A stretch of DNA of 64,000 bases from an uncultured Spirochaetales bacterium. GTDB lineage: Bacteria > Spirochaetota > Spirochaetia > SPDA01 > CAYXSD01. A model generated the notes under the pieces. The model was not told where the DNA came from, did no database searches, and was given only the letters and a program-made list of their open reading frames with translations. The stretch spans positions 58,601 through 122,600 of the forward strand of contig CAYXSD010000001.1 of the NCBI GenBank assembly GCA_964466335.1, in the 5' to 3' direction. Positions 19,801 through 29,165 of this stretch are shown piece after piece (the first letter of the stretch is position 1; each line of letters begins with the position of its first letter). Made by a program: the position numbers and the translations under genes.

Positions 19801-21226
19801 GGACGGAGTGCTTTCTTTTAAAGCTCTGGATTCTCTGTTAATCATTCCCTTTTTTAAGATGTCCGAGGGGCAAGCTTATGGCACCTTGAGCATAAAGGGG
19901 CCTATAAATGATCCTGATTTTTACGGCACCCTGGAGGGGGCCGGCGTCTTTGCTACTGTACCGGTTAGTCCGGATACAATAGGTCCATTGGAATCGAATA
20001 TCGTTTTTAACGGAAAAACCATGAGCATTGAACGAACGACTGTTAAAGTCGGCGCCGGTTACTTAACAGCAGAGGCCATGTTCACCATGGACCACTGGCT
20101 GCCGGTAACTGCCGATATACGGATCTCCACTACCGATGACAGAGCAGTACATATTAAAACGAACATTGGAAGGATTCTTGTTGACGGATATGCGTCTGGA
20201 AATTTTCGTGTAGTAAGTGAACCAATAGGAATTTCTCTCTTTGGAAATTTGCAGGCTAAGAATACCAGCATTATGATCGGGCAGAAGGGAGAGGAAGATG
20301 AAGAACAGGTTCCCAATATTAGCCTCGATTTAACGGTGACCTCCGGCCAGCAGGTGGAGTTTATTTGGCCAAACCAGGATTTTCCGATCCTCCAGGCATA
20401 TGCTGAAACAGGGGAATCTGTTTCTATTCTACTCGACGGCACAAACGGAGAGGCAACCTTCAGAGGAGAGGTAGATATAAAAGGCGGAGAGATTTACTAC
20501 TTTAGCAGGAGTTTCTACATAAATGAAGGAAAAATAGTATTTAATGAAAATGAGGACAAATTCGATCCCAGACTTTCCGCGCGCGCAGAATTAAGAGATG
20601 TTACCCCTGAAGGCACTCCTTTATCAATTTATCTTATCGAAGATGATAAACCCTTCAGTGAATTTTCACCGTACTTCGAATCCGATCCTCCGTTGAGTAA
20701 CGCTGATATCTTGTCTATTCTTGGTAAAGGCCTTATGGCGCAGTTAGGCGGAGAAACAATCGATCTTTCTAAGGCCCTCATTTTCACGGGAGATTTTTTC
20801 CTGACCCAATTCGGATTGATCAAATCCTTTGAAAACGCGGTAAAGGACATTTTTAGTCTCGATCTCTTTACCTTGCGTACACAAATCCTGCAGAATCTTC
20901 TTCGAGAACGATTATTCCAGGAACAGATAGCTCAGGAGGCTCTTCAGGAGCAAGGTTTAGGAAGGTATCTTGACAATACTACCTTATTTTTGGGAAAGTA
21001 CTTTGGAAACGATCTCTTTATTGAAGCAATGTTACGTCTGAGAATGAGCAACAACTATATTGAAGAACTTAAGGCCTATGAGGAACTGCAGATTGAGAGC
21101 AAAATAAGTTTGGAATGGAAAACACCGCTGGCATTAATAGAATTAAATTTTCAACCGGATTTTGAGGACATTTTTTCTACAATAGCTAAAGCGAGCGTCG
21201 CGCTTTCATGGAGATTCGCTTTTTAG
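16883..21226 (+). CDS. tamB: translocation and assembly module protein TamB-like (DUF490 family), GTG start
   Basis: 1447 aa; single N-terminal TM anchor, long beta-rich periplasmic region, conserved C-terminal segment; directly upstream of bamA-skp (same order as Borrelia). Confidence 0.65.
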   Translation: MLSLNNLSPIKISQIVVLCFLVIVTAVSIYPLQQELEKQLEELRVTIISLLEKKLDRKITYESISPSFLRFLEFRELSVLEYENGPSLVSFRRVRVHFSLFEIIKGNSLVSALEEIQIIDTNITFGTKKDNDLIQLFKDLVSTVGDEEVTIPSLRLSGRNISGEIITDFGTVHFESVQFSIDYGEEDLELFLRGIARGNFKKNDFQLEQMETVLEVEGYMDNNFAWSNLEIDIKQLHTNLLSLKNQTFYVNVAENTWKIRKIEDKAPIDIVLTVDLLEESLEASMVVEEFVPSQFVTLEEGLASFDPWMNTLLTGEASIRYFYSTSRLTYEGDISAHLDNSLLPTSFNVKGNFNGNEKFVDFANLDVVSEYGNYSFKGGFSYETLLPNGYLEFYNLPYPITDTTARGAIILASKNRTLQGRSTYLSLGDASFSSLDVTITRLEGGIDFSLEGSTESFRNQNTNSFNSEGYIEFSPEIYLQLSFSSKNLPIRDVLPFFVSSDSLPKDVFQFAEPLLLSSELYINSNLKQVSFASPKVDIRDISDPNNSLYFASSGNASSFEIRELELHYSGIDLSGEFQADIVEQNFLRFSSQFSVQDVPYSFSGSFKPGKELIVQGDYDFSSILLFSDERILLSLDCSELPVPLPENQIFLSLSLHGSYISLDKWQIALRKGSISSIPLQGAPPGSLALNGRITSENIIINRLIYTDTFSVISGSGMADINLLNPNKGEAWINLQSEEGGETYYGYAKIHELEENHSIDGLLSFKGSPLSRFIDTNIIGNVNGKFLVKGSIDSPEITGSLSLEEGLLNADPVSFATDFTLSQERGIIHSLSLDYLTNSVRGARGTYSIKNGTLAFTADYQGVFQADPITARLELAGSFQDFLPLLGSTDLFTINFEVNLHVTDIFVGEEEQPSWEAVLRQQEEKITFSGGPEDSINGYFEKDGVFYAELREPMPIECIVTGSVKDAVIDAELKDGVLSFKALDSLLIIPFFKMSEGQAYGTLSIKGPINDPDFYGTLEGAGVFATVPVSPDTIGPLESNIVFNGKTMSIERTTVKVGAGYLTAEAMFTMDHWLPVTADIRISTTDDRAVHIKTNIGRILVDGYASGNFRVVSEPIGISLFGNLQAKNTSIMIGQKGEEDEEQVPNISLDLTVTSGQQVEFIWPNQDFPILQAYAETGESVSILLDGTNGEATFRGEVDIKGGEIYYFSRSFYINEGKIVFNENEDKFDPRLSARAELRDVTPEGTPLSIYLIEDDKPFSEFSPYFESDPPLSNADILSILGKGLMAQLGGETIDLSKALIFTGDFFLTQFGLIKSFENAVKDIFSLDLFTLRTQILQNLLRERLFQEQIAQEALQEQGLGRYLDNTTLFLGKYFGNDLFIEAMLRLRMSNNYIEELKAYEELQIESKISLEWKTPLALIELNFQPDFEDIFSTIAKASVALSWRFAF

Positions 21227-21276
21227 GATCACATGCTATACTCAGAGAGGTTTATTTCTCTAATCAAGGAGCAGTT

Positions 21277-23880
21277 ATGCGAAAGGCATTTATTTTGTGC
21301 ACTCTATTTATAATAATACTTCCTCTTTCCCTGTCAGCCCAAGATTCAGCCGACTGGTATATGGGAAAGGAGATAAGGGAAATACAGTTCGAAGGCTTAA
21401 CGAACTTTTCCGTCAATGATCTCCTAGGGATCACAGAACAGTATATCGGCAAAACCTTTACCGACGAGCTGTTTATGGAGCTCCAAGCAAAAATCTACGC
21501 CCTTGATTACTTCGAAGAAATCATTCCAAACGCTGTCCCTGGAGATGAAGAGTATGAATCGGTAATTATTCGATTCGATGTGAAAGAGAAACCTGTGGTT
21601 TCAGAAATTCGGATTCTTGGAAATCAAACTCTAAGAAAAGGGGAAATTCTGGATGTAGTCTTACTTAAAAACGGAGATATGGTAAATAAAACAAAAATCC
21701 GCTTAGATGCTGAATCCATCCAGGCCCTTTATAAGGAGGAAGGGTTTCCCAATGTTGGTGTTGGCACCTCAGTTGAAGAAAATGAAGAAGAAAGCACAGC
21801 AACGGTGACATTCACTATTACAGAGGGAAAACAAATAAAGGTAAAGAAGATACAATTCTCCGGGAACTCCTTTGCCTCCGATGGTTCTCTAAAAGGGGTC
21901 ATGGAAACAAAGGAACAAGCTCTCTTTTCAAGCGGAATTTTTCAACAAACCAAACTCGATTCGGATCTTAAGAAAATCGAGACGTATTACCATGACCGAG
22001 GATACATTGACGCGGAAGTTGTGGAAGTTGTAAAAGAACCCTATATTGATCCCAATAAGCCTGAAAACGAACAGGAAGAAAATCTTATTGTTATTACCCT
22101 CTATGTCGATGAAGGAGAACAGTGGACCTTTGGCGGTATCGATTTTACGGGCAATACCCTCTTCAGTGATGAAACACTGCTGGAACAGGTACGTCATGAA
22201 AAGGGCAAAGTACTCAACCAATCCAAATTAGATGCCGATTTCATGCGCGTAACCGACCTCTACTACAACGACGGATACATTTATAACGTTATTAATAGTG
22301 AACAAATTCGGAATGAACAGAATAATACCATCTCCTATGAAGTAACCATTGTGGAACGCGGACGTGCACATATCGAAGATATAATTATTAAGGGAAACAC
22401 AAAAACAAAGGACTATGTAATCCTCCGCGAGATCCCCCTTGAAACAGGAGATATTTTTAGCAAACAGAAGGTTATTGAAGGACTTCAGAACCTATACAAC
22501 ACCCAGTACTTCTCTTCCATTGTGCCTACCACGCCGCAGGGAAGTGTAGACGGACTTATGGATTTGGTTTTCAACGTGGAGGAAGGCAAGACTATCGATA
22601 TTCAGTTCGGAGTTACCTTTACCGCTACCGCGGGTAATTTCCCCATGATGGGCTTTGTAAAATGGACAGACAAGAACCTCTTTGGAAGGGGACAGGAGCT
22701 CACCATTGGAACAGAACTCTCAGCGTTAAAACAGAGTCTGAACTTCGGCTTTAAGGAGAACTGGCTCTTTGGACAAAGGTGGTACGGGGCAATAAATCTT
22801 TCAGTAGCTCATGAACTGAGTTCCGATATTCCTCAGGATACCCTAAGCCCCGTTTTTTCGGAAAATGATGAAAATGCTGTTCCCGACCCGTATACAGGAG
22901 CCTATGTGGATGCAGATACCGGAGAACCTGTAAACAATCCAACGGAACAGCAAATTGAGGACGGTGAAGTCATTACCGATTACGCCTACGCTGTCCGCCA
23001 GGGTGAGAGTATTCCCGATGATTACACCATGGACTATCACACATTGGATATTTCTCTTGGTTTAAGCACCGGATACACCTGGCATACTCGGGTAGGGCGC
23101 TTAGGCATCGGTACCGGCCCGAGTACTACTATTAAGTATCTTACCTACGATGAAGCCCTCTACAGACCCTTCGATTCAACGGTGCGAAACAACCTTAATA
23201 AATTCGATTTCGATAACAAGTGGATGCTCAACCTCTTTTGGGATACTCGGGACATCATCCACAATCCTCAAAGCGGGTTCTATCTTGGACAGAAATTCAT
23301 ATACACGGGAGGAATTCTCTTCGGGAACCGCCATTATATTCGTTCCACTACAAAGGGAGAGGTATTTTTTAAGCTATTTGATGTCCCCGTGAATGATTGG
23401 TTCAGTTTTAAGATGATCCTTGCTCTTCACAGCGGTCTCACCATAATGTTTGACCAGCTGCATCCCATTGACGGTCAGGTATTTGTTGTTGAACCCCGAG
23501 ACCTTTTATACACTGACGGCATGACCATTGCCAGGGGTTGGCCTAGGCAGTACGGCGGAAGGGTCCTTTGGAACAATTGGCTGGAATTACGGCTTCCCAT
23601 TGCCGAACAGTACGTTTGGTGGGATTTTTTCTTCAGCACTGTGGGTATCTGGCCCGAGCACTCAGATTTCGCGGGTATGACTATAAACGATTTTCTCTTC
23701 ACCTTTGGAGGTGGTATAAGACTAACCATTCCAGGTCTTCCCATCGGACTTTATCTTGCAAAGAGATTTAAATGGGAAGACTACAATTTCGAATGGCAGA
23801 CAGGCAACCTTTTTAACGGAGGCGGTACCCAAGGAGCCGGAATCGATTTCGTTATTTCCTTCAGTTATGACCTTTATTAA
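21277..23880 (+). CDS. bamA: outer membrane protein assembly factor BamA
   Basis: Signal peptide MRKAFILCTLFIIILPLSLSA, repeated POTRA domains, C-terminal Omp85 beta-barrel ending in aromatic residue; start moved from the ORF-table 21208 to ATG 21277, which has AAGGAG 5 nt upstream. Confidence 0.85.
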   Translation: MRKAFILCTLFIIILPLSLSAQDSADWYMGKEIREIQFEGLTNFSVNDLLGITEQYIGKTFTDELFMELQAKIYALDYFEEIIPNAVPGDEEYESVIIRFDVKEKPVVSEIRILGNQTLRKGEILDVVLLKNGDMVNKTKIRLDAESIQALYKEEGFPNVGVGTSVEENEEESTATVTFTITEGKQIKVKKIQFSGNSFASDGSLKGVMETKEQALFSSGIFQQTKLDSDLKKIETYYHDRGYIDAEVVEVVKEPYIDPNKPENEQEENLIVITLYVDEGEQWTFGGIDFTGNTLFSDETLLEQVRHEKGKVLNQSKLDADFMRVTDLYYNDGYIYNVINSEQIRNEQNNTISYEVTIVERGRAHIEDIIIKGNTKTKDYVILREIPLETGDIFSKQKVIEGLQNLYNTQYFSSIVPTTPQGSVDGLMDLVFNVEEGKTIDIQFGVTFTATAGNFPMMGFVKWTDKNLFGRGQELTIGTELSALKQSLNFGFKENWLFGQRWYGAINLSVAHELSSDIPQDTLSPVFSENDENAVPDPYTGAYVDADTGEPVNNPTEQQIEDGEVITDYAYAVRQGESIPDDYTMDYHTLDISLGLSTGYTWHTRVGRLGIGTGPSTTIKYLTYDEALYRPFDSTVRNNLNKFDFDNKWMLNLFWDTRDIIHNPQSGFYLGQKFIYTGGILFGNRHYIRSTTKGEVFFKLFDVPVNDWFSFKMILALHSGLTIMFDQLHPIDGQVFVVEPRDLLYTDGMTIARGWPRQYGGRVLWNNWLELRLPIAEQYVWWDFFFSTVGIWPEHSDFAGMTINDFLFTFGGGIRLTIPGLPIGLYLAKRFKWEDYNFEWQTGNLFNGGGTQGAGIDFVISFSYDLY

Positions 23881-23892
23881 GGATGGTGCACT

Positions 23893-24417
23893 ATGAAAAA
23901 AATATTACTTTTTCTCCTTTTCCTTTTGACCGCCTTTGCTCTATGGCCCGACCAAATAACCAAAGTGGGTATAATCGATCTTTCTGCGATTATTTCTAAT
24001 TACTTCCGTGAATCCCAGGCCTGGAGAGAGTTGGAGGAGATGACGAGGAAATTCGAGGAAGACAAAGAGCGGATAATAAAAGAAATAGAACAACTTCAAC
24101 AGAAGAAAATTGAAGCGGAAAACTCGGGAAACGAAAGCTTGACACTCCGCATAGAGGATGAAATATTCAGTAAACGGGAGTACCTTAAAGAGTTTACTAC
24201 AATAAAATCCAGCCAAATTAGACGAAAAAAGGAAACCTTAATGGAATCTCCCACCTTTTTGGCGGAAGTGTTAGCTGAAATCCAATACATCGCCGAATCT
24301 GAGGGGTATTCTGTGGTCTTTAGAGCAAAAGATCCGAACCTTATGTGGTGGTCGCCGGAGGCGGATATTACAGAGACAGTACTGGAACGCTTAAGAAAAA
24401 AGGCACGGACGAATTAG
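23893..24417 (+). CDS. skp: periplasmic chaperone Skp/OmpH family
   Basis: 174 aa, signal peptide, coiled-coil-rich, basic; immediately downstream of bamA. Confidence 0.7.
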   Translation: MKKILLFLLFLLTAFALWPDQITKVGIIDLSAIISNYFRESQAWRELEEMTRKFEEDKERIIKEIEQLQQKKIEAENSGNESLTLRIEDEIFSKREYLKEFTTIKSSQIRRKKETLMESPTFLAEVLAEIQYIAESEGYSVVFRAKDPNLMWWSPEADITETVLERLRKKARTN

Positions 24418-24920
24418 TTTCCATCATCCTCGGAATCCTCAATGTTCTTTCGTAGAATAGATCTGAGAGCACTGAATTTTGATTTGTTGTCTTCGGAGAT
24501 ATCAATAAGATCTTCATGTGCTTTAAGGAGCAGTTTCGCTGGTGCCTTTTCTGCCTGAGAAACGAGCTCCATATCATCAGGGAGAATACACTTTTCGTTG
24601 GTCACTCGAAACAGCGAAAGAACACCAAGACCTTTCAGTAATTCTAAACACTCAAGTTGAGGATTTAGTATCTCAATGGAACGGCCCTTTTTTTCCATTA
24701 ATAGTTTGTTAAAACCTACCAAAAGTCCCATAAAGGTAGAATCCATATATTCGCACTGAGAGAGATCTACTGAAATACCACGAGGAGTTGGTTCCTCCTC
24801 CATTCTCTTAAATACCTTGTTCCTCAGGTCCGTGCAGATTGCTGCCCGAATATGCCCTACAGCTCTTATGTAGAGAATTTTTTCTACTTCCCTATAGTAG
24901 AGTACCCCTTTATTGTCCAA
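24414..24920 (-). CDS. STAS-domain protein (anti-sigma-factor antagonist-like)
   Basis: 168 aa; pattern ISVDLSQCEYMDSTFMGLLVGFNKLLMEKKGRSIEILNPQLECLELLKGLGVLSLFRV fits the STAS/SpoIIAA fold. Confidence 0.5.
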   Translation of the reverse strand: MDNKGVLYYREVEKILYIRAVGHIRAAICTDLRNKVFKRMEEEPTPRGISVDLSQCEYMDSTFMGLLVGFNKLLMEKKGRSIEILNPQLECLELLKGLGVLSLFRVTNEKCILPDDMELVSQAEKAPAKLLLKAHEDLIDISEDNKSKFSALRSILRKNIEDSEDDGN

Positions 24921-24946
24921 AACACCTCCATATTGTATCTACCTGA

Positions 24947-27604
24947 TTGTTTCAATATAATAATTCTACCATGCCTGCTACAACCCCAATGATGCAACAA
25001 TACAAGCGAATGAAAGACAAATCCGGAAATGCGGTCCTTTTTTTCCGCCTCGGAGATTTCTACGAGATGTTTCAGGAAGATGCAAAAGAAGTAAGCAGTA
25101 TTCTTCATCTTACCCTAACAAAACGAAACGGCGTTCCTATGTGCGGTATTCCCTATCATGCTGCTCAGACCTACATTGGCCGGCTTCTCAGGGCTGGAAA
25201 AAAAATTGCAATGTGCGAACAGATTTCTCTGCCGACAGAGGGAAAAGGAATTGCAGAGAGAGACATTGTTGAAATTATTACTCCCGGGACCATCCTGGAT
25301 GAGGATTACCTGGATGCCGACACGAATAACTATCTCGTTTCCATCGGTATCTCTAAAGAATCCCTTTCTTTCTCCTATATTGATACATCTACATCAGATT
25401 TTTATGCAACGGCCTTTTCCATAAGCAACGATTTGGAAAAACTTAAAGAAGAGCTGGAACGGATTCAACCGAAAGAGATCTTAGTTCAGGAATCTCTTTT
25501 GGAGAGCAATACCAATGTCGCCCGTGTTTTGAACGAATACAAGGGAAGAATTGTAAATAGATATCCAGACTGGTATTTCGATCAGGAGGAGAGCAGGAAA
25601 AAGCTGCTTCAGCAATTCAATGTCCTAAATCTTAAGGGTTTTGGAATAGAGGACCAGGACCCTGCCATCTTTTCCACGGGAGTTCTATTAGATTATTTAG
25701 GGGAAACAACTAAATCCCGATTAGATCATGTAAAGAGCATTCATCGATACGGTGAAAACGATTTTATGGGACTGGATGAATCCACCCAAAAAAACCTAGA
25801 ACTTTCCAAGAACATGCGTGACGGTACGAGAGATTTCACGCTCATCCAAGTCTTGGATCATACAAAGACCTCTATGGGGGCAAGAAAACTCCACAACTGG
25901 CTCCTCCATCCTCTACTCACCTTGAAAGAAATCGAAAAAAGACAGAAAAGGATAGCCTTCTTTTACAAAAACCAAAGACTTCTCTCTCAAATCCGGGCCT
26001 ATCTTAGCGAGGTACTGGATCTACAACGCCTCACTGCAAGAGTCGCTGTAGATAAAGCCCATGCAAAGGACCTTCTTGCTATTTGTCAAACGATAGAAGC
26101 CTTCTTCCAAATCCAAAAAGTTCTTAACGAGTGGGACGGGCAAGAATTGTACCTTTCGCTTAAACAGGCTGAAGTAAAGGTCCTCCTAGAAGTGAAAACC
26201 CTTCTCCAAGATTCGATCCAGGAAGACCCCTCGGTCCTCCTCTCGGAAGGCGGAATAATAAGGGAGAATTACTCTAAAGAACTAGATGAATGCCGCAATA
26301 TTAGAAAAAACAGTAAGGCAACCTTATATGAATATCTACAAAAGGAAAAAAAAGCCACGGGAATAAACTCCTTAAAGATAAAGTACAACAAGGTTATTGG
26401 ACATTTTTTAGAAGTGACAAAATCGAACGCCTCCCTCGTACCGGAGCACTTTATCCGAAGACAATCCCTTGTTAACACCGAGCGCTTTACCACGGAGAGG
26501 CTCGCCGAGTTGGAGGACGAACTTAATTCCTCAGAAGAGCGGAGTATCGAACTGGAAAAAAAGCTCTTTCTTCAAATTCGAGACCAAGTAAAGCAGCAGG
26601 CTCACCGTCTCCTCCTTCTCGCTGAGAAACTCTCAGACGTGGATTGCTACGCCTCCCTCGCCCACACAGCTACGCTCTACGGCTTTGTAAGACCGGAAGT
26701 GGACAATTCCATGTCCCTTTCAATTGTACATGGAAGACACCCCGTAGTAGAGGCCAATATGCCCACAGGCGATTTTATCCCCAATACCCTGGAATTAGCG
26801 GATGGAGATGCAAGGTTCTGTCTTATAACCGGTCCTAATATGGCTGGGAAATCTACCTTCCTTCGACAGAATGCCCTTATCGTTCTTTTGTCCCAAATTG
26901 GGTCTTACGTTCCCGCGGAAGCAGCCAGGATAGGAATCGTCGACAGAATATTCTGTCGAGTAGGGGCCTCGGACAACCTGGCCCGCGGAGAATCTACTTT
27001 TCTCGTGGAGATGAATGAGACAGCGAATATTCTGCGATCTTCGACGGAGAGAAGCCTTATTATTATGGATGAAGTGGGCAGGGGGACCGGCACCAAAGAT
27101 GGTTTGGCCATAGCCCAGTCTATATCCGAGTTTCTTATACAGAGGATCAAAGCCAAGACTCTCTTCGCGACACACTACCATGAACTTACCTCTCTTGAGC
27201 TATATGGGATAAAAAAGCTCTATTTGGATGTAGTGGAGGACGGCCAAACCGTTGTTTTTCTCAAACAAGTTAAAGAAGGCTCAGCGGACAACTCTTACGG
27301 TATTCATGTTGCGAAGCTCGCGGGGTTGCCTGAACCAGTAATACTCCGGGCCCAGCAACTATTAGAAGTATTAATAGAGAATCGCGGACATAATCCTGAA
27401 CAGAATACTACCTTTAGGCAAAAATCGATCTCCCCTACAGAAAATGATACGAAAAGCAAAACCGAAGACGGTCAAAAAGGACAGATAGAACTGTTTTCGC
27501 CCCAGGACATTGTCCTCCAAGATATTCTCTCTCTCAATCCTGAAGAAACAACCCCTTTAGATGCTTTAAAAAAGATATATGTGTGGAAAAAAGAACTAGA
27601 GTGA
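24947..27604 (+). CDS. mutS: DNA mismatch repair protein MutS
   Basis: TPMMQQY N-terminus, Walker A GPNMAGKST, DEVGRGT and TLFATHYHEL motifs; 885 aa. Confidence 0.9.
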   Translation: MFQYNNSTMPATTPMMQQYKRMKDKSGNAVLFFRLGDFYEMFQEDAKEVSSILHLTLTKRNGVPMCGIPYHAAQTYIGRLLRAGKKIAMCEQISLPTEGKGIAERDIVEIITPGTILDEDYLDADTNNYLVSIGISKESLSFSYIDTSTSDFYATAFSISNDLEKLKEELERIQPKEILVQESLLESNTNVARVLNEYKGRIVNRYPDWYFDQEESRKKLLQQFNVLNLKGFGIEDQDPAIFSTGVLLDYLGETTKSRLDHVKSIHRYGENDFMGLDESTQKNLELSKNMRDGTRDFTLIQVLDHTKTSMGARKLHNWLLHPLLTLKEIEKRQKRIAFFYKNQRLLSQIRAYLSEVLDLQRLTARVAVDKAHAKDLLAICQTIEAFFQIQKVLNEWDGQELYLSLKQAEVKVLLEVKTLLQDSIQEDPSVLLSEGGIIRENYSKELDECRNIRKNSKATLYEYLQKEKKATGINSLKIKYNKVIGHFLEVTKSNASLVPEHFIRRQSLVNTERFTTERLAELEDELNSSEERSIELEKKLFLQIRDQVKQQAHRLLLLAEKLSDVDCYASLAHTATLYGFVRPEVDNSMSLSIVHGRHPVVEANMPTGDFIPNTLELADGDARFCLITGPNMAGKSTFLRQNALIVLLSQIGSYVPAEAARIGIVDRIFCRVGASDNLARGESTFLVEMNETANILRSSTERSLIIMDEVGRGTGTKDGLAIAQSISEFLIQRIKAKTLFATHYHELTSLELYGIKKLYLDVVEDGQTVVFLKQVKEGSADNSYGIHVAKLAGLPEPVILRAQQLLEVLIENRGHNPEQNTTFRQKSISPTENDTKSKTEDGQKGQIELFSPQDIVLQDILSLNPEETTPLDALKKIYVWKKELE

Positions 27605-27640
27605 GGCTCTTTCAAAATTGGTTAATTTTGAAAGTGGCTG
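27603..27640. repeat. 38-bp palindromic intergenic repeat, copy 2 (identical to 2763..2800)
   Basis: 38/38 identity with copy 1; begins within the mutS stop codon. Confidence 0.85.
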
Positions 27641-27760
27641 GAGTAATTCAGCAATTAGAATGCCTTCAACGGTTTAAATATACAATTTTTCGTTAAAAAA
27701 ATGAAGCAAATTCTAAACGTGGAAGTCTCACAACTTCAAAATTATAATTGCTCAGAATAG
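27641..27760. repeat. decayed copy of the greA-upstream palindromic element plus a partial arm
   Basis: 27705..27726 AGCAAATTCTAAACGTGGAAGT and 27734..27755 CTTCAAAATTATAATTGCTCAG align with the two arms of the 49317..49367 element (about 18/22 each); an extra CAGCAATT half-motif lies at 27649. Confidence 0.55.
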
Positions 27761-27799
27761 TTGTAAAATCTCGATCTTTTTTGAAGCACACAACGTGTA

Positions 27800-28555
27800 A
27801 TGGGTGTTTCTTTTATTGTGAATTCTTTTCAAAAGATACTAACTTTTTTCTTTCCACAGATTTGTCTTCTCTGCGGAAATCCTGTGTACCCGGATCAGAC
27901 CCTCGAAACGACCAATGCCGCCCTCTGTACGTCCTGCGCAACCTTTCTTTCCACTACTTGTAAAGAAAAACTACATCGATGGAACCAATATACCGGCAAT
28001 TTTTGTAGGTGCTGTGGAAAACCGCTTATTTCGGAAAAGAATAGTTGCACCCAATGTAGAATAACATCATGGCAATTTGACCACCATTTTTCGCTTTTTC
28101 CCTACGATGGACATGTAAAAGAGCTTATATTTCAGTACAAATTCAAGAAGAGAGAAGCTTTAGCTCCATATATCGCGGACCTGTACGCGGAGTGTATAAA
28201 AACCAAATTTTCGGACCATCTATGTGTGCCGGTCCCGGGAAAACCCGGCAAACCTTTTAAGCACATAGAAAAAATAACCAAGATTCTAGAATCAAAATAC
28301 TCCTATAATGTGGCCTATGTTCTTAGTCGAAGCCCCGGCGCGGAACAGAAGACATTGGACCTTCAAGGGAGGAGAAAAAGTATCCTAGGGAAATACTCTT
28401 TAAAGAAGAACAGAAAGGGAGTACTCAAAGCTTATCCGAAAATACTTATCTTAGATGATGTTTTCACTACCGGCTCAACTATAAATGAATGCGCAAAGAT
28501 GTTGAAATCTATAGGAAACAAAGAAATTAACGGCTTAACCCTTGCGAAGGATTGA
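27800..28555 (+). CDS. comF: ComF family protein (double zinc-ribbon + phosphoribosyltransferase domain)
   Basis: N-terminal CxxC pairs (CLLCGN...CTSCAT, CRCCGK...CTQC); C-terminal PRT motif ILILDDVFTTGST. Confidence 0.75.
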   Translation: MGVSFIVNSFQKILTFFFPQICLLCGNPVYPDQTLETTNAALCTSCATFLSTTCKEKLHRWNQYTGNFCRCCGKPLISEKNSCTQCRITSWQFDHHFSLFPYDGHVKELIFQYKFKKREALAPYIADLYAECIKTKFSDHLCVPVPGKPGKPFKHIEKITKILESKYSYNVAYVLSRSPGAEQKTLDLQGRRKSILGKYSLKKNRKGVLKAYPKILILDDVFTTGSTINECAKMLKSIGNKEINGLTLAKD

Positions 28556-28580
28556 TATTTTTACAATCTGGGTTGAACAT

Positions 28581-28616
28581 CTTTCAAAAATTTATGTTTT
28601 TAAAGGTGCTGGCTTG
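28581..28616. repeat. degenerate copy of the 38-bp palindromic repeat
   Basis: CTTTCAAAAATTTATGTTTTTAAAGGTGCTGGCTTG aligns to CTTTCAAAATTGGTTAATTTTGAAAGTGGCTG; lies 3' of comF. Confidence 0.5.
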
Positions 28617-28671
28617 ACAGGATTAATAATAAACAGTAATTTATTTTTACATCTTCAGTTTTTGAAACCGA

Positions 28672-28698
28672 GGAGTCGATTTATCGGCTCCTTTTTTA
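28672..28698 (+). terminator. intrinsic terminator-like hairpin (GGAGUCGA-UUUA-UCGGCUCC + U6)
   Basis: 8-bp stem with one G-U pair, 4-nt loop, followed by TTTTTT; ends 22 nt before the rimP ATG. Confidence 0.6.
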
Positions 28699-28719
28699 TA
28701 GGGGCACATGTGAAGTCCT

Positions 28720-29148
28720 ATGGAAGAAGCAATATGCTCAATAGTAGAACCGGTAATTATTGCTCTCGGGTTTACTCCGGTTGAGATAAAAACACGTCAG
28801 GTAAAGGGCACCCTCCATATCCATCTTGTACTGTACCGCGGGGAGGGGATTTCTATTGACGACTGCGCGGAGGTCTACAGAACAATTCTTCCAAGGATTG
28901 AGGCAGTTACCGGAGAAAGAGACCTGCATCTTGAGGTATCATCCCCTGGTATAGACAGGGTGTTGAAGAACAACAGTGAATTTGCAATTTTTATCGGTTC
29001 AACAGTAAAGGTCCTTACCAAATCCAATGATGACTGGTATTATGGAAGGATACTTTCTGCTGATGAGAACACTGTACTCCTTTCCACCGAGGAAGGAGAG
29101 GAAAAGATAGCCTTTGAGAATATTAAAAAGGCAAAATTACAAGGGTAA
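28720..29148 (+). CDS. rimP: ribosome maturation factor RimP
   Basis: 142 aa; conserved IVEPVIIALGF N-region; precedes nusA-infB-rbfA-truB as in the canonical operon. Confidence 0.8.
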   Translation: MEEAICSIVEPVIIALGFTPVEIKTRQVKGTLHIHLVLYRGEGISIDDCAEVYRTILPRIEAVTGERDLHLEVSSPGIDRVLKNNSEFAIFIGSTVKVLTKSNDDWYYGRILSADENTVLLSTEEGEEKIAFENIKKAKLQG

Positions 29149-29165
29149 CTGTGGAGGGACCGAGA

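Noticed and set aside
28542-28784. 80-aa ORF spanning the comF-rimP spacer into rimP
   Set aside because: Runs through the repeat, the terminator hairpin and the rimP start in another frame; no RBS; almost certainly spurious.
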